A stretch of DNA of 64,000 nucleotides from positions 14,417 through 78,416 of the forward strand of contig JADHVI010000001.1 of assembly GCA_016784125.1 (NCBI GenBank), written 5' to 3'. Below, one piece after another: positions 36,391-44,730 of this stretch. The translations under genes and the position numbers were made by a program. This stretch comes from Candidatus Woesearchaeota archaeon. Its GTDB lineage: Archaea; Nanobdellota; Nanobdellia; Woesearchaeales; GCA-2686295. The notes under the pieces were generated by a model. That model worked only from the letters and a program-made list of their open reading frames with translations, was not told where the DNA came from and searched no databases. Position 1 is the first letter of the stretch, and the number at the start of each line of letters is the position of its first letter.

Positions 36391-36414
36391 AATCTCCAAA
36401 TGAAATAGAGGGGT
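36391..36414 (+). repeat. ORB-like element (right, plus orientation) with a G-string
   Basis: AATCTCCAAATGAAATAGAGGGGT follows the CTCCA...GAAA...GGGGT layout known from archaeal origin recognition boxes. Confidence 0.55.
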
Positions 36415-36532
36415 AACATATCAAAACACAAAAAAAACAATTTATAACTACTGTCCAATAACAAAAAAACAAAAGGTTTAAAAATAACCCTCCATTACCA
36501 CTCATTCTGACAAACATCAACAAGGTGATTAA

Positions 36533-37333
36533 ATGTTAATTCAAAAAGAATTTTTAAAAAAAATCAAAGATTTCGGATTAAATAGTTATGAAGCAAAGAT
36601 TTGGACTGCTCTTCTTTCAAGAGGGGTGAGTACGGCAGGAGAACTAAGCGATATAGCAAACGTGCCAAGAAGCAGAAGTTACGACGTTCTAGAAAGTCTA
36701 GAAAAAAAAGGCTTTGTAGTAATGAAAATAGGAAAACCAATCAAATATATTGCTATACCTCCACAAGAAGTTTTGTCCAGAGTTAAGAAAAAAATTCAAG
36801 AAGATTCAAATTATCAAATGAAGATGTTGGATGAATTGAAAAGTTCTGATATATTACAAGAATTAAATACTTTACACACAGAAGGAGTTTCTCTTGTAGA
36901 ACCCACTGATATAACTGCCTCTTTTAGAGGACGAGATAGATTATATTCACACATCGAGCTTATGATTAAAGAAGCAGAAACATCAATAATTATTATGACA
37001 ACAGAAGATGGAATCATAAGAAAATTAGATGCTTTATCACGGGTACTTGAAAAAGCTCATACAAGAGGAGTTAAAATAATGATTGCCGCACCTGTAACTG
37101 ATAAAACAAAAGTGGTGTTAAACAAAGCAAAAAAATACGCCGAAATTAAAGATTGTCAAACAAAAGGTAGATTTTGTATTGTTGACGAAAAAGAAATAAC
37201 ATTCATGTTATTGAATGATAATGAAGTACACTCTTCATATGATGTTGGGGTGTGGGTTAACACTTCTTTTTTTAGTCAAACACTTATAGAACTATTTAAC
37301 CTTGCATGGAAAACCATGAAAGTGTTTGCATAA
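36533..37333 (+). CDS. TrmB-family transcriptional regulator (wHTH + C-terminal effector-type domain)
   Basis: YEAKIWTALLSRGVSTAGELSDIANVPRSRSYDVLESLEKKGFVVMKIGKPIKY (TrmB-type wHTH), then a coiled linker and C-terminal domain. 266 aa. Confidence 0.8.
   Translation: MLIQKEFLKKIKDFGLNSYEAKIWTALLSRGVSTAGELSDIANVPRSRSYDVLESLEKKGFVVMKIGKPIKYIAIPPQEVLSRVKKKIQEDSNYQMKMLDELKSSDILQELNTLHTEGVSLVEPTDITASFRGRDRLYSHIELMIKEAETSIIIMTTEDGIIRKLDALSRVLEKAHTRGVKIMIAAPVTDKTKVVLNKAKKYAEIKDCQTKGRFCIVDEKEITFMLLNDNEVHSSYDVGVWVNTSFFSQTLIELFNLAWKTMKVFA
36595..36747. repeat. Left arm of the 153-nt inverted repeat (inside TrmB gene 1)
   Basis: Hand alignment to the reverse complement of 63318-63470 gives one mismatch, at 36661 (c versus t). 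Confidence 0.85.
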
Positions 37334-37428
37334 AATTTCTACTCACCTCTTTTTCCCGGGGAGATTCCGACATTCTTGGAATCTTCCACGGTTAAACTTT
37401 TTAAATAGAAGTATGTTTTCTTAAATTA

Positions 37429-38109
37429 ATGATACAAACCATTAAGATTATAGGAACATCACACATTGCAAAAGAATCACTATTTAAAATTGAAAAAGAA
37501 ATAAATTTATTCAACCCAGAAATAATTGCTGTTGAATTAGACAGAAAAAGATTTTATTCTATGATGCACAAACTGGAATCAAAATTATCTATAAAAGACA
37601 TACGCAGAGTTGGTTTTTCAGGATTTCTTTTTTTGATAATAGGTCGTTTTGTTCAAAAAAAATTAGGTTCAATTGTGGGTGTTGATCCTGGTGCCGATAT
37701 GAAAAAAGCCATCGATATATGTAAAGAAAAAAATTTGCAGCTTGCATTGATAGATAGAGATATAGATATAACATTGCACAGGTTTTCAAAGAGTTTTTCT
37801 TTTAAAGAAAAAATGTTGATAATAAGAGATATAATTTTTTCTCCTTTTTCTCGACAAAAAGTTAATATAGATATATCTAAAGTGCCTGATAAAGAGTTTA
37901 TTAAAACAATTCTTTTAGAATTAAAAAAAAGATATCCAAGCATGTATTCTGTTCTAGTTCATGAAAGAAATGAGTTTATGGCAAAAAAACTTTTCAAATT
38001 ATATACTCTTAATCCAAATAAAAAAATTCTTGCAGTGGTTGGTGCAGGTCATGAAGAAGGATTATTTGAAGAATTAAAAAAATTGTATCAATCAAACATC
38101 TCATTTTAG
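37429..38109 (+). CDS. TraB/PrgY/Tiki-family protein (putative metalloprotease fold)
   Basis: Contains IKIIGTSHIAKES, IIAVELD and VVGAGHEEGL. 226 aa with no TM region. Confidence 0.7.
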   Translation: MIQTIKIIGTSHIAKESLFKIEKEINLFNPEIIAVELDRKRFYSMMHKLESKLSIKDIRRVGFSGFLFLIIGRFVQKKLGSIVGVDPGADMKKAIDICKEKNLQLALIDRDIDITLHRFSKSFSFKEKMLIIRDIIFSPFSRQKVNIDISKVPDKEFIKTILLELKKRYPSMYSVLVHERNEFMAKKLFKLYTLNPNKKILAVVGAGHEEGLFEELKKLYQSNISF

Positions 38110-38158
38110 TATATTAAAACAAAAAATTATTTAAAACGAAAACTACAGAATTCTATTA

Positions 38159-38935
38159 ATGAGCTACGAGCATCTTTATCGAATAAGGGATTACTTTAGA
38201 TTTTCAATATCTGAACAAAGACAATTATTAGTTTCAGCAATACTATTTGGATTTATTCTTTCATTCAGACGATGGGGTGGAACAGAATTCAATGCTCAAA
38301 TAGGGATAAATGCTTGGATATTTGCGTTTATATCAATTCTGATTGTGATGTTTTGTAGTATATCAATGCAAAAAATATTTGCTTTGAAACAAGGATATAG
38401 AATGCATTATTCGTGGTGGTTTCCAGGAATATTAATAGGAATTCTAATCAGTTTTTTGACTTTTGGAACTGTACCTCTTATTTATCCTGGCGCAACAAAA
38501 TTTGAACATATGAAAAGATTGAGATTAGGAAGATTTAGACATGGAATAAACAATTTTGATATGGCCATGGCTTCAATAGCAGGGGTGGTTACAAATGCAC
38601 TAATAGGTTTGATATGTGGACTGATATATTATGGTACACATAATCCTTATGTATTATATTTTATGCACATAAATTTTATATATGCTTTTTTCACGCTAAT
38701 ACCAATTCCAAAATTTAAAGGATTAAAGTTGGTGGAAGGAGCCACACCGGGTTTGCACATATATTTTTATACTAGAAGACTACACACTTTTATTCTTCTT
38801 TCTTTAATTTGTTATTGGGTATTGGTTTCTGCCTCAACAACATTTTTTCCAAGTTTAGGCTTACTTATACTCGCTATGATATTGGGCGTAATAGGAATGT
38901 TTTTCTATATGAAATTTGCTGATGAAACAATATAA
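38159..38935 (+). CDS. Polytopic membrane protein resembling an M50 (site-2 protease) with all catalytic motifs degenerate
   Basis: SISMQKIFALKQGYRMHYSWWFPG aligns with the HExxHA...G...fpfGG region (HExxH becomes MQKIF). ASIAGVVTNAL corresponds to AGPxxN. FFTLIPIPKFKGLK corresponds to FNLLPxxPLDGG (D becomes K). Confidence 0.45.
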   Translation: MSYEHLYRIRDYFRFSISEQRQLLVSAILFGFILSFRRWGGTEFNAQIGINAWIFAFISILIVMFCSISMQKIFALKQGYRMHYSWWFPGILIGILISFLTFGTVPLIYPGATKFEHMKRLRLGRFRHGINNFDMAMASIAGVVTNALIGLICGLIYYGTHNPYVLYFMHINFIYAFFTLIPIPKFKGLKLVEGATPGLHIYFYTRRLHTFILLSLICYWVLVSASTTFFPSLGLLILAMILGVIGMFFYMKFADETI

Positions 38936-39000
38936 ATTATGTTTAAGCACCATAAAACAAATAGTTTATATATTAGTATTTTTAAGATAAATAATATAAA

Positions 39001-39321
39001 ATGGGTTTAGAAAACATATTTGAAATTGCTCTATTGGTTTTTTTAGTTTTAGGGGTTATATTTTCTCTAATACTAAACAATCTCGTTTTACAATGTTTAG
39101 CAATATTTGTTTTTGGTATTTTGGTTGTTGTAGTTTCAGGAATAAAAAGATTAGAGTTAAATTTTCCCTATGTGTTTGTGGTTATAGGATTTATTTTAGG
39201 CTATTTAATATCTTCAACACCAGGTCATAGATGGTTGGTTTTAGTGATTTTCTTGGTTGGAATAGTTGTTGGGTTAATTTTAAGAAAAGTTCTAAAAACA
39301 CATATAGACATGAAAAAATAG
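39001..39321 (+). CDS. Small membrane protein (106 aa, about 4 TM), function unknown
   Basis: Hydrophobic ORF with a TATA-like element upstream (agtttatatatt). Confidence 0.5.
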   Translation: MGLENIFEIALLVFLVLGVIFSLILNNLVLQCLAIFVFGILVVVVSGIKRLELNFPYVFVVIGFILGYLISSTPGHRWLVLVIFLVGIVVGLILRKVLKTHIDMKK

Positions 39322-39444
39322 GGTTTTTTGTCGGGTTTTCGACTAAAAATTCGAAAGATTTAAATAATAAATATCATTTTTATTGACTAGAAAACATAGT
39401 TATGAAGGTGTTTAAACCTTCGAAACTATAGGGGGTGTAAAAAA

Positions 39445-39678
39445 ATGGCTGAAAAAGTAGCAAAAGCAGGAGTTAAAAAAGAAAGTGGATATCTTTACTT
39501 CGTTGATAAGAATGGAGACATTTCACGAGCAGTAATGTCAAGAGGCGGCGGAAAGAAAGGAAAACAAAAGACAGAAACGGTTGCAAAAGTTGGCGCCAAG
39601 AAAGAATCCGGATACCTATATTTCGTTGATAAAAACGGAGACATTTCACGAGCCAAGATGGCTAGAGGAAGAAAGTAA
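39445..39678 (+). CDS. Small basic protein made of two tandem ~35-aa repeats, function unknown
   Basis: GGGGGTG lies upstream of the ATG. Repeats: VAKAGVKKESGYLYFVDKNGDISRAVMSRGGGKKGK and VAKVGAKKESGYLYFVDKNGDISRAKMARGRK. Confidence 0.6.
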   Translation: MAEKVAKAGVKKESGYLYFVDKNGDISRAVMSRGGGKKGKQKTETVAKVGAKKESGYLYFVDKNGDISRAKMARGRK

Positions 39679-39696
39679 TTTTTTTTTTCTTCTTTT
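39679..39696 (+). terminator. Oligo-T tract (archaeal-type terminator)
   Basis: T10 followed by cttctttt, immediately after the stop codon at 39676-39678. Confidence 0.5.
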
Positions 39697-39732
39697 AAAA
39701 ACATATATAAACAATTCTGAAATCATAATTTT

Positions 39733-41952
39733 GTGTTAAAAAATATAAAACCCCGAACGTATCAAGAAACCATTTTTAACTCTGCTACGACGAAAAATTC
39801 TTTGGTTGTTTTACCAACAGGATTGGGTAAAACACTCATAGCTATTCTTTTATCAACCTCAAGGTTAGATAATTATCCTAAATCAAAAGTTCTCGTATTG
39901 GCACCTACAAAGCCCTTAGCAGAACAACATCTTAAAACATTTAGAAAACACATGGATTTGTCTGAGGAACAGATTGTGTTGTTTACGGGAATGGTAAGAC
40001 CGGAAAAGCGAGCAGAATTATGGAGTGCTGCAAAAATAGTTGTTAGCACACCTCAAGGAATTGAAAATGATGTTATTTCAAAAAGAATACCATTAGCAGA
40101 TGTTAGTTTGTTAGTGTTTGATGAAGCCCACAGGGCAGTAAAAGACTATGCATATGTATTTATTGCTGAACAATATGAAAAACAAGCAAAACATCCACGC
40201 ATATTGGCTCTGACAGCATCTCCTGGTTCAGAAATGTCCCAAATAGAAGATGTTTGTGCAAATTTATTTATTGAAAACATAGAAATCAGAACCGAGGATG
40301 ATGAAGATATTAAATCATATATACAAGAAACGAGCGTCAATTGGGTTGAAATAGATTTTCCAGAATCTCTAAACAATATAAGAAAATATTTAGAGATGTG
40401 TTTCAAAAACAAATTACTCCAGACAAAAGAATTGGGTTTTATTCAAGGAAATATCTCTTCTTATACAAAAACATCTCTTTTAGCTCTTCAAGGTGAACTA
40501 AGAGGAAGAATTTCTTCAGGAGAAAAAGATTATTCCATACTTAAATCTATAAGTTTATTGGCCGAAGCTATGAAGGTTCAACACGCATTGGAATTATTGG
40601 AATCTCAAGGATTAGATCCTTTAAACAAATATATTCAAAAACTTGAATCACAAGCTGTTTCAGGCACAGTTAAAGCAGTAAAAAATTTGGTGAAGGATAA
40701 TTATTTTATTCACGCAAAAAATAAATTAGAGGAGATGATTAGTAAGGGGTTTGAGCATCCTAAATTAGATGTGCTTAAGAAAATTGTTAGTGATGAAATA
40801 CAAAACAAAAAAAATGTTAAAATAATAATTTTTTCTCAATACAGAAGCAGTTCATCAAAAATAAAAAGTTTATTAGATGAATTATCATTGAAGAGCAAAA
40901 TGTTTATTGGTCAAACAACCAGAGAAGAAAAAGGTTTGTCTCAAAAAGAGCAAAAAGAAATAATACAAGAATTCTCAGAAGGTAAATTTAACTGTTTGAT
41001 AAGTACTTCTGTTGGAGAAGAAGGACTAGATATTCCTCAAGTAGATTTGGTAATTTTTTATGAACCCATACCATCCGCCATAAGAAGCATACAAAGAAGA
41101 GGTCGAACAGGCAGATTAGAAGAAGGCAGAGTTATAGTATTAATGACCAAAAAAACAAGAGATGAAGCATATAGATGGTCATCACATCATAAAGAGAAAA
41201 AGATGCATAGAAATTTAAGTAATCTGAAAAACAAGTTGTCTGGGTTTGAGCCAATTATTAGAAAAAACAAGAAATTAGATTCATTTGTCAAAAAAGAATC
41301 TGAATCTGCTCCGTTAAAAATAATTGTAGATTATCGGGAAAAAGGATCAAATATACTAAAATTATTGGTTAGAGAGGGAATTGAAGTGGATTTGAGACAT
41401 CTACAAGTGGGGGATTATCTTCTTAGTGAAGATATAGCTGTAGAATATAAAACAAAAAAAGATTTTGTTGATTCAATAATTGATGGAAGATTACTTCAAC
41501 AACTAAAAGATTTGAGAAAGTATGTGCGACCTTTGCTTGTTATTCAGGGAGAAGAAGATATTTATACACAAAGAAATGTTCATCCAAATGCAATAAGGGG
41601 AATGTTATCAACAATCGCAGTTTCTTACAGAATTCCAACAATTTTTACAAAAAATGAAGAAGATACTGCAGGATTATTTCAAATAATTGCCAAGCGCGAA
41701 CAAGATCCTGAGAAAAAAGATTTTCAAATGCACACAGCAAAACCAATTTCTTTGAAAGAGCAACAAGAATATATTGTATCTTCACTTCCAAATATAGGTG
41801 GTGCTCTTGCAAAACCACTTTTAAAAGAGTTTAAAACAGTCAAAAAATTGATTAATGCTAGTGAAGAGCAACTCAAAAAAGTAAATTTGATTGGGGAGAA
41901 AAAAGCCAAAAAAATAAGGGAAGTTATAGATATAGAGTATGTTGATGATTAG
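39733..41952 (+). CDS. hef: Hef-type helicase-nuclease (SF2 helicase + XPF/ERCC4 nuclease + HhH2)
   Basis: Contains PTGLGKT, FDEAH and QRRGRTGR. Nuclease domain IIVDYREKGS...VGDYLLSEDIAVEYKTKKDFVDSIIDGRLLQQ. C-terminal HhH LPNIGGALAKPLL...LIGEKKAKKI. GTG start. Confidence 0.85.
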   Translation: MLKNIKPRTYQETIFNSATTKNSLVVLPTGLGKTLIAILLSTSRLDNYPKSKVLVLAPTKPLAEQHLKTFRKHMDLSEEQIVLFTGMVRPEKRAELWSAAKIVVSTPQGIENDVISKRIPLADVSLLVFDEAHRAVKDYAYVFIAEQYEKQAKHPRILALTASPGSEMSQIEDVCANLFIENIEIRTEDDEDIKSYIQETSVNWVEIDFPESLNNIRKYLEMCFKNKLLQTKELGFIQGNISSYTKTSLLALQGELRGRISSGEKDYSILKSISLLAEAMKVQHALELLESQGLDPLNKYIQKLESQAVSGTVKAVKNLVKDNYFIHAKNKLEEMISKGFEHPKLDVLKKIVSDEIQNKKNVKIIIFSQYRSSSSKIKSLLDELSLKSKMFIGQTTREEKGLSQKEQKEIIQEFSEGKFNCLISTSVGEEGLDIPQVDLVIFYEPIPSAIRSIQRRGRTGRLEEGRVIVLMTKKTRDEAYRWSSHHKEKKMHRNLSNLKNKLSGFEPIIRKNKKLDSFVKKESESAPLKIIVDYREKGSNILKLLVREGIEVDLRHLQVGDYLLSEDIAVEYKTKKDFVDSIIDGRLLQQLKDLRKYVRPLLVIQGEEDIYTQRNVHPNAIRGMLSTIAVSYRIPTIFTKNEEDTAGLFQIIAKREQDPEKKDFQMHTAKPISLKEQQEYIVSSLPNIGGALAKPLLKEFKTVKKLINASEEQLKKVNLIGEKKAKKIREVIDIEYVDD

Positions 41953-42194
41953 TTTTCTTCATCAAAAGCCATCAAAGTTTCTGTGCTTTCAATGCCTTCC
42001 ACAATCAAAAGTTTATTTTGTATAAACTTTTTAATTTCAGATTGTGATTCAAGAACAATTTTTGTGACTATATCATACTGGCCATAAACCTCATGAATAT
42101 CCTCAACTTCTTCAAAAGTTCTGAGTTTAGAACTAACAATCTTGAGTTTTCCATGAACTGTCTTAATCAGAACGTATATTATTTTCACATACAA
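41949..42194 (-). CDS. Stand-alone Lrp/AsnC-type ligand-binding (RAM) domain protein
   Basis: About 80 aa. KIIYVLIKTVHGKLKIVSSKLRTFEEVEDIHEVYGQYDIVTKIV...VEGIESTETLMAF is the typical RAM-domain pattern. Non-ATG start (TTG at 42194 or GTG at 42188). Confidence 0.6.
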   Translation of the reverse strand: MYVKIIYVLIKTVHGKLKIVSSKLRTFEEVEDIHEVYGQYDIVTKIVLESQSEIKKFIQNKLLIVEGIESTETLMAFDEEN

Positions 42195-42269
42195 GACTTA
42201 TGAGTCGATATTTAAAAATTTAATCAATTCTCGCATTAAAAATATAAACAAAGCTCTATTTTCTTAATT

Positions 42270-43613
42270 ATGTTCATAAGTAAAACACTAAAATTCTATA
42301 AGCGGTCAGACATACAAGAAGCAATGTTGGCTTCGGCCGAAAACAAAGAAATAGCAATCAAATATGGTGAGAGGGGCTTTGGAAGAAGACCTGACGTTTT
42401 GCAATATAAATCAGATATTTTAGAACACGCAAAGAAAGGGGCCACTTCGTTTCATTGTTCAGAAGAATTATGGTACAACCCACTGCATATAAATAGAAAT
42501 ATGAAACCAAAAGAAATGGATGATCTTCGAAGCGGATGGGATTTGGTTTTAGATATTGATTGTAAACTTTTAGAGTATTCTAAGATAGCAGCATATTATA
42601 CTATAAAAGTTTTGAGACATTATGGGATAAAATCTATAACTTGTAAATTTTCAGGAAATAAAGGATTTCACATAGCAGTGCCTTTTGAGTCTTTTCCTCA
42701 AAAAATAGGTGGTACAGAAGTAAATAAGATGTTTCCTGAGGCACCACGAAGAATAGCTGCATACGTAAAATATCTTATAAAAGATCATGTCAGTAATGCA
42801 ATTCTGAAGCTCGAGAAAAACGATTTTGAAACCATAGTAAAAAAAACAGGGAAGAAACCACAAGAAATTATTCGATTAGAAACAAATGAATATGGTGACA
42901 AAGTAGAAAAACTAAATGCGGAACCGTTTTTAGATATAGATACAATCCTTATTTCATCAAGACATCTTTTTCGAATGCCATATTCTTTTCACGAAAAATC
43001 TCAATTAGTATCAATACCGATCAATCCAGACAAAGTATTATCTTTTAAGAAATCTGATGCAAAACCAGAAAATATAGTTGTAAAACAAGACTTCTTGAAT
43101 CGAGATGTGGAAAAGAATGAAGCATCAAAACTAATAATTCAATCATTTGATTTTGAAGTAAAAGAGAAAGAGGAATATAAACCAAAACAAGAATGCCAAT
43201 TTGATGAAATAAGTGAGGCTCTACCAGAAGAACTTTTCCCCCCTTGTATAAAAAACATTTTAGAGGGTTTAGAAGATGGTAAGAAAAGAGCAATATTTGC
43301 ACTCTCAAACTTTCTTTCAAACGTTGGTTGGTCTGATAAAGAAATTGAAGATAGAATAAACGAATGGAATAAATCAAATCCTGATCCACTAAGAGAGGTA
43401 TATATTAAAGGTCAACTCAGATATAAAGTTCAGAGAAAAGAGAAGATACCACCCCCTAATTGTGATAATAAAGGGTATTATGTTGATATGCTTGTCTGTA
43501 AACCAGATTCCCTCTGCAGAAAGATAAAAAATCCTTTACAATACACAAAAATAAAGGCCAAATCGCTTTCTCATCAAAAAAAGAAGAATACAAAAAAGAA
43601 AGATAAAAAATAA
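42270..43613 (+). CDS. DNA primase: PriS catalytic domain fused to a PriL-type Fe-S C-terminal domain
   Basis: PriS motifs DLVLDIDCK, FSGNKGFHIAVPF and RMPYSFHEKS. The C-terminal part has FPPCIKNIL...GKKRAIFALSNFL plus CDNKGYYVDMLVCKPDSLC (four Cys). Confidence 0.8.
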   Translation: MFISKTLKFYKRSDIQEAMLASAENKEIAIKYGERGFGRRPDVLQYKSDILEHAKKGATSFHCSEELWYNPLHINRNMKPKEMDDLRSGWDLVLDIDCKLLEYSKIAAYYTIKVLRHYGIKSITCKFSGNKGFHIAVPFESFPQKIGGTEVNKMFPEAPRRIAAYVKYLIKDHVSNAILKLEKNDFETIVKKTGKKPQEIIRLETNEYGDKVEKLNAEPFLDIDTILISSRHLFRMPYSFHEKSQLVSIPINPDKVLSFKKSDAKPENIVVKQDFLNRDVEKNEASKLIIQSFDFEVKEKEEYKPKQECQFDEISEALPEELFPPCIKNILEGLEDGKKRAIFALSNFLSNVGWSDKEIEDRINEWNKSNPDPLREVYIKGQLRYKVQRKEKIPPPNCDNKGYYVDMLVCKPDSLCRKIKNPLQYTKIKAKSLSHQKKKNTKKKDKK

Positions 43614-43637
43614 TTTCTCGCCCACGTTTTCATAACA

Positions 43638-43648
43638 TTTATAAAGGA
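43638..43648 (+). promoter_or_regulatory. TATA-like element (TTTATAAAGGA) upstream of the r-protein operon
   Basis: Identical 11-mer to the two copies upstream of tbp. It lies ~140 nt upstream of the rpl3 ATG, implying a long leader. Confidence 0.45.
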
Positions 43649-43785
43649 CTTCTTTTTTCGTCAAGACGTTTAAGTTCTAAAAAACTTAAATGATTATAAT
43701 AACGCCTGGAAAGAACCATTTTCAGTACACTTTAAAGAGAGTATTACTATAGGTTTCTGCCAGATTTTAAGTTTAATAAAATAAA

Positions 43786-44730
43786 ATGCCAACATTAAGA
43801 AGACCAAGATTTGGAAGTTTACAGTATTGGCCTAGAAAAAGAGCCAAAAAAAGTTATGCTAGAGTTAGATCTTGGCCTGATAAAAAGGAAGCAAAACCAA
43901 TGGCATTTATTGGTTACAAAGTTGGCATGACACATATAATGGCTATAAATGAGAACAAAGATGCTCACACCAAAGGCGAAGAACTCGCTGTTCCAGTAAC
44001 AATTCTTGAGTGTCCGCCGATTAAGATCTGTTCTATCAGATTCTACAACTCAAACAATAATGCTTCTCAACTAAAAAAAGAAATTTTCTTCAAATCCGAA
44101 AAAAATCTTAACAAAAAAACAATTCTTCCAAAAGAAAACTCAAAAGATCTTGAGTCAATCAATCCTGATGAATATGATAATATTACTATAACTATATACT
44201 CCCAACCCAGCAAAGCAGGTTTTGGAAAGAAAAAACCAGAAGTTGTAGAAATTGCAATTGGTGGGAAAAACGCTGATAAAGTAGAGTATGTTAAACAAAA
44301 CTTCGATAAAGAATTAGAAATAAGCACAATTTTCAGTGAAAATGATCTTGTAGATATAAGAGCCATAACTAAAGGAAAAGGATTTCAAGGGCCTGTTAAA
44401 AGATTTGGAATAGGACTAAAAAGTCACAAATCAGAAAAAGGCACAAGACAACCTGGATCGCTTGGACCTTGGGTGAGACAACAACATATTATGTGGAAGG
44501 TTGCTCATGCAGGACAAACAGGATATCATCAAAGAATCGAACACAACAAGCAGATTCTAAAGATATCAGATGATGTTGCTGCTTTAGAAAACAACTTTCA
44601 TAAATATGGAAATGTTAAATCACAATATATTATGATGCACGGATCAATCGCAGGACCTAAAAAAAGAGCGGTGATTTTGACAACCCCGTTAAGAAATAAT
44701 ATTAAAAAACATCAACTATCAATACAATGA
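43786..44730 (+). CDS. rpl3: Ribosomal protein L3
   Basis: Contains FIGYKVGMTHI and TKGKGFQGPVKRFG. Heads the conserved cluster. Confidence 0.95.
   Translation: MPTLRRPRFGSLQYWPRKRAKKSYARVRSWPDKKEAKPMAFIGYKVGMTHIMAINENKDAHTKGEELAVPVTILECPPIKICSIRFYNSNNNASQLKKEIFFKSEKNLNKKTILPKENSKDLESINPDEYDNITITIYSQPSKAGFGKKKPEVVEIAIGGKNADKVEYVKQNFDKELEISTIFSENDLVDIRAITKGKGFQGPVKRFGIGLKSHKSEKGTRQPGSLGPWVRQQHIMWKVAHAGQTGYHQRIEHNKQILKISDDVAALENNFHKYGNVKSQYIMMHGSIAGPKKRAVILTTPLRNNIKKHQLSIQ

Larger units (their letters stand above)
36017..36532. other. Probable chromosomal replication origin (oriC)
   Basis: The longest non-coding region in the window (516 nt), directly upstream of orc1/cdc6-polD. It contains inverted ORB-like elements flanking ~260 nt of almost pure A/T. 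Confidence 0.65.

Noticed and set aside
36230-36400. Short iterated AT motifs (attat/tatta, aaataa) that might suggest a repeat array or CRISPR
   Set aside because: There are no regularly spaced repeats of 20 nt or more and no unique spacers. The composition is simple A/T and fits an origin unwinding element.
36601-36786. Pair of nearly identical Arg/Lys-rich 61-aa ORFs (36601-36786 plus strand and 63279-63464 minus strand)
   Set aside because: Both are out-of-frame readings of the TrmB genes. They look conserved only because they sit on the 153-nt inverted repeat. They are useful as a pointer to the repeat but are not genes.
43665-43785. ~120-nt leader upstream of rpl3 with an 8-bp hairpin (tttaagtt/aacttaaa, about 43667-43690) as a possible autoregulatory r-protein binding site
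   Set aside because: There is only one short A/U-rich stem, and I can see no similarity to an rRNA target site. It is kept only as a note under the promoter feature.
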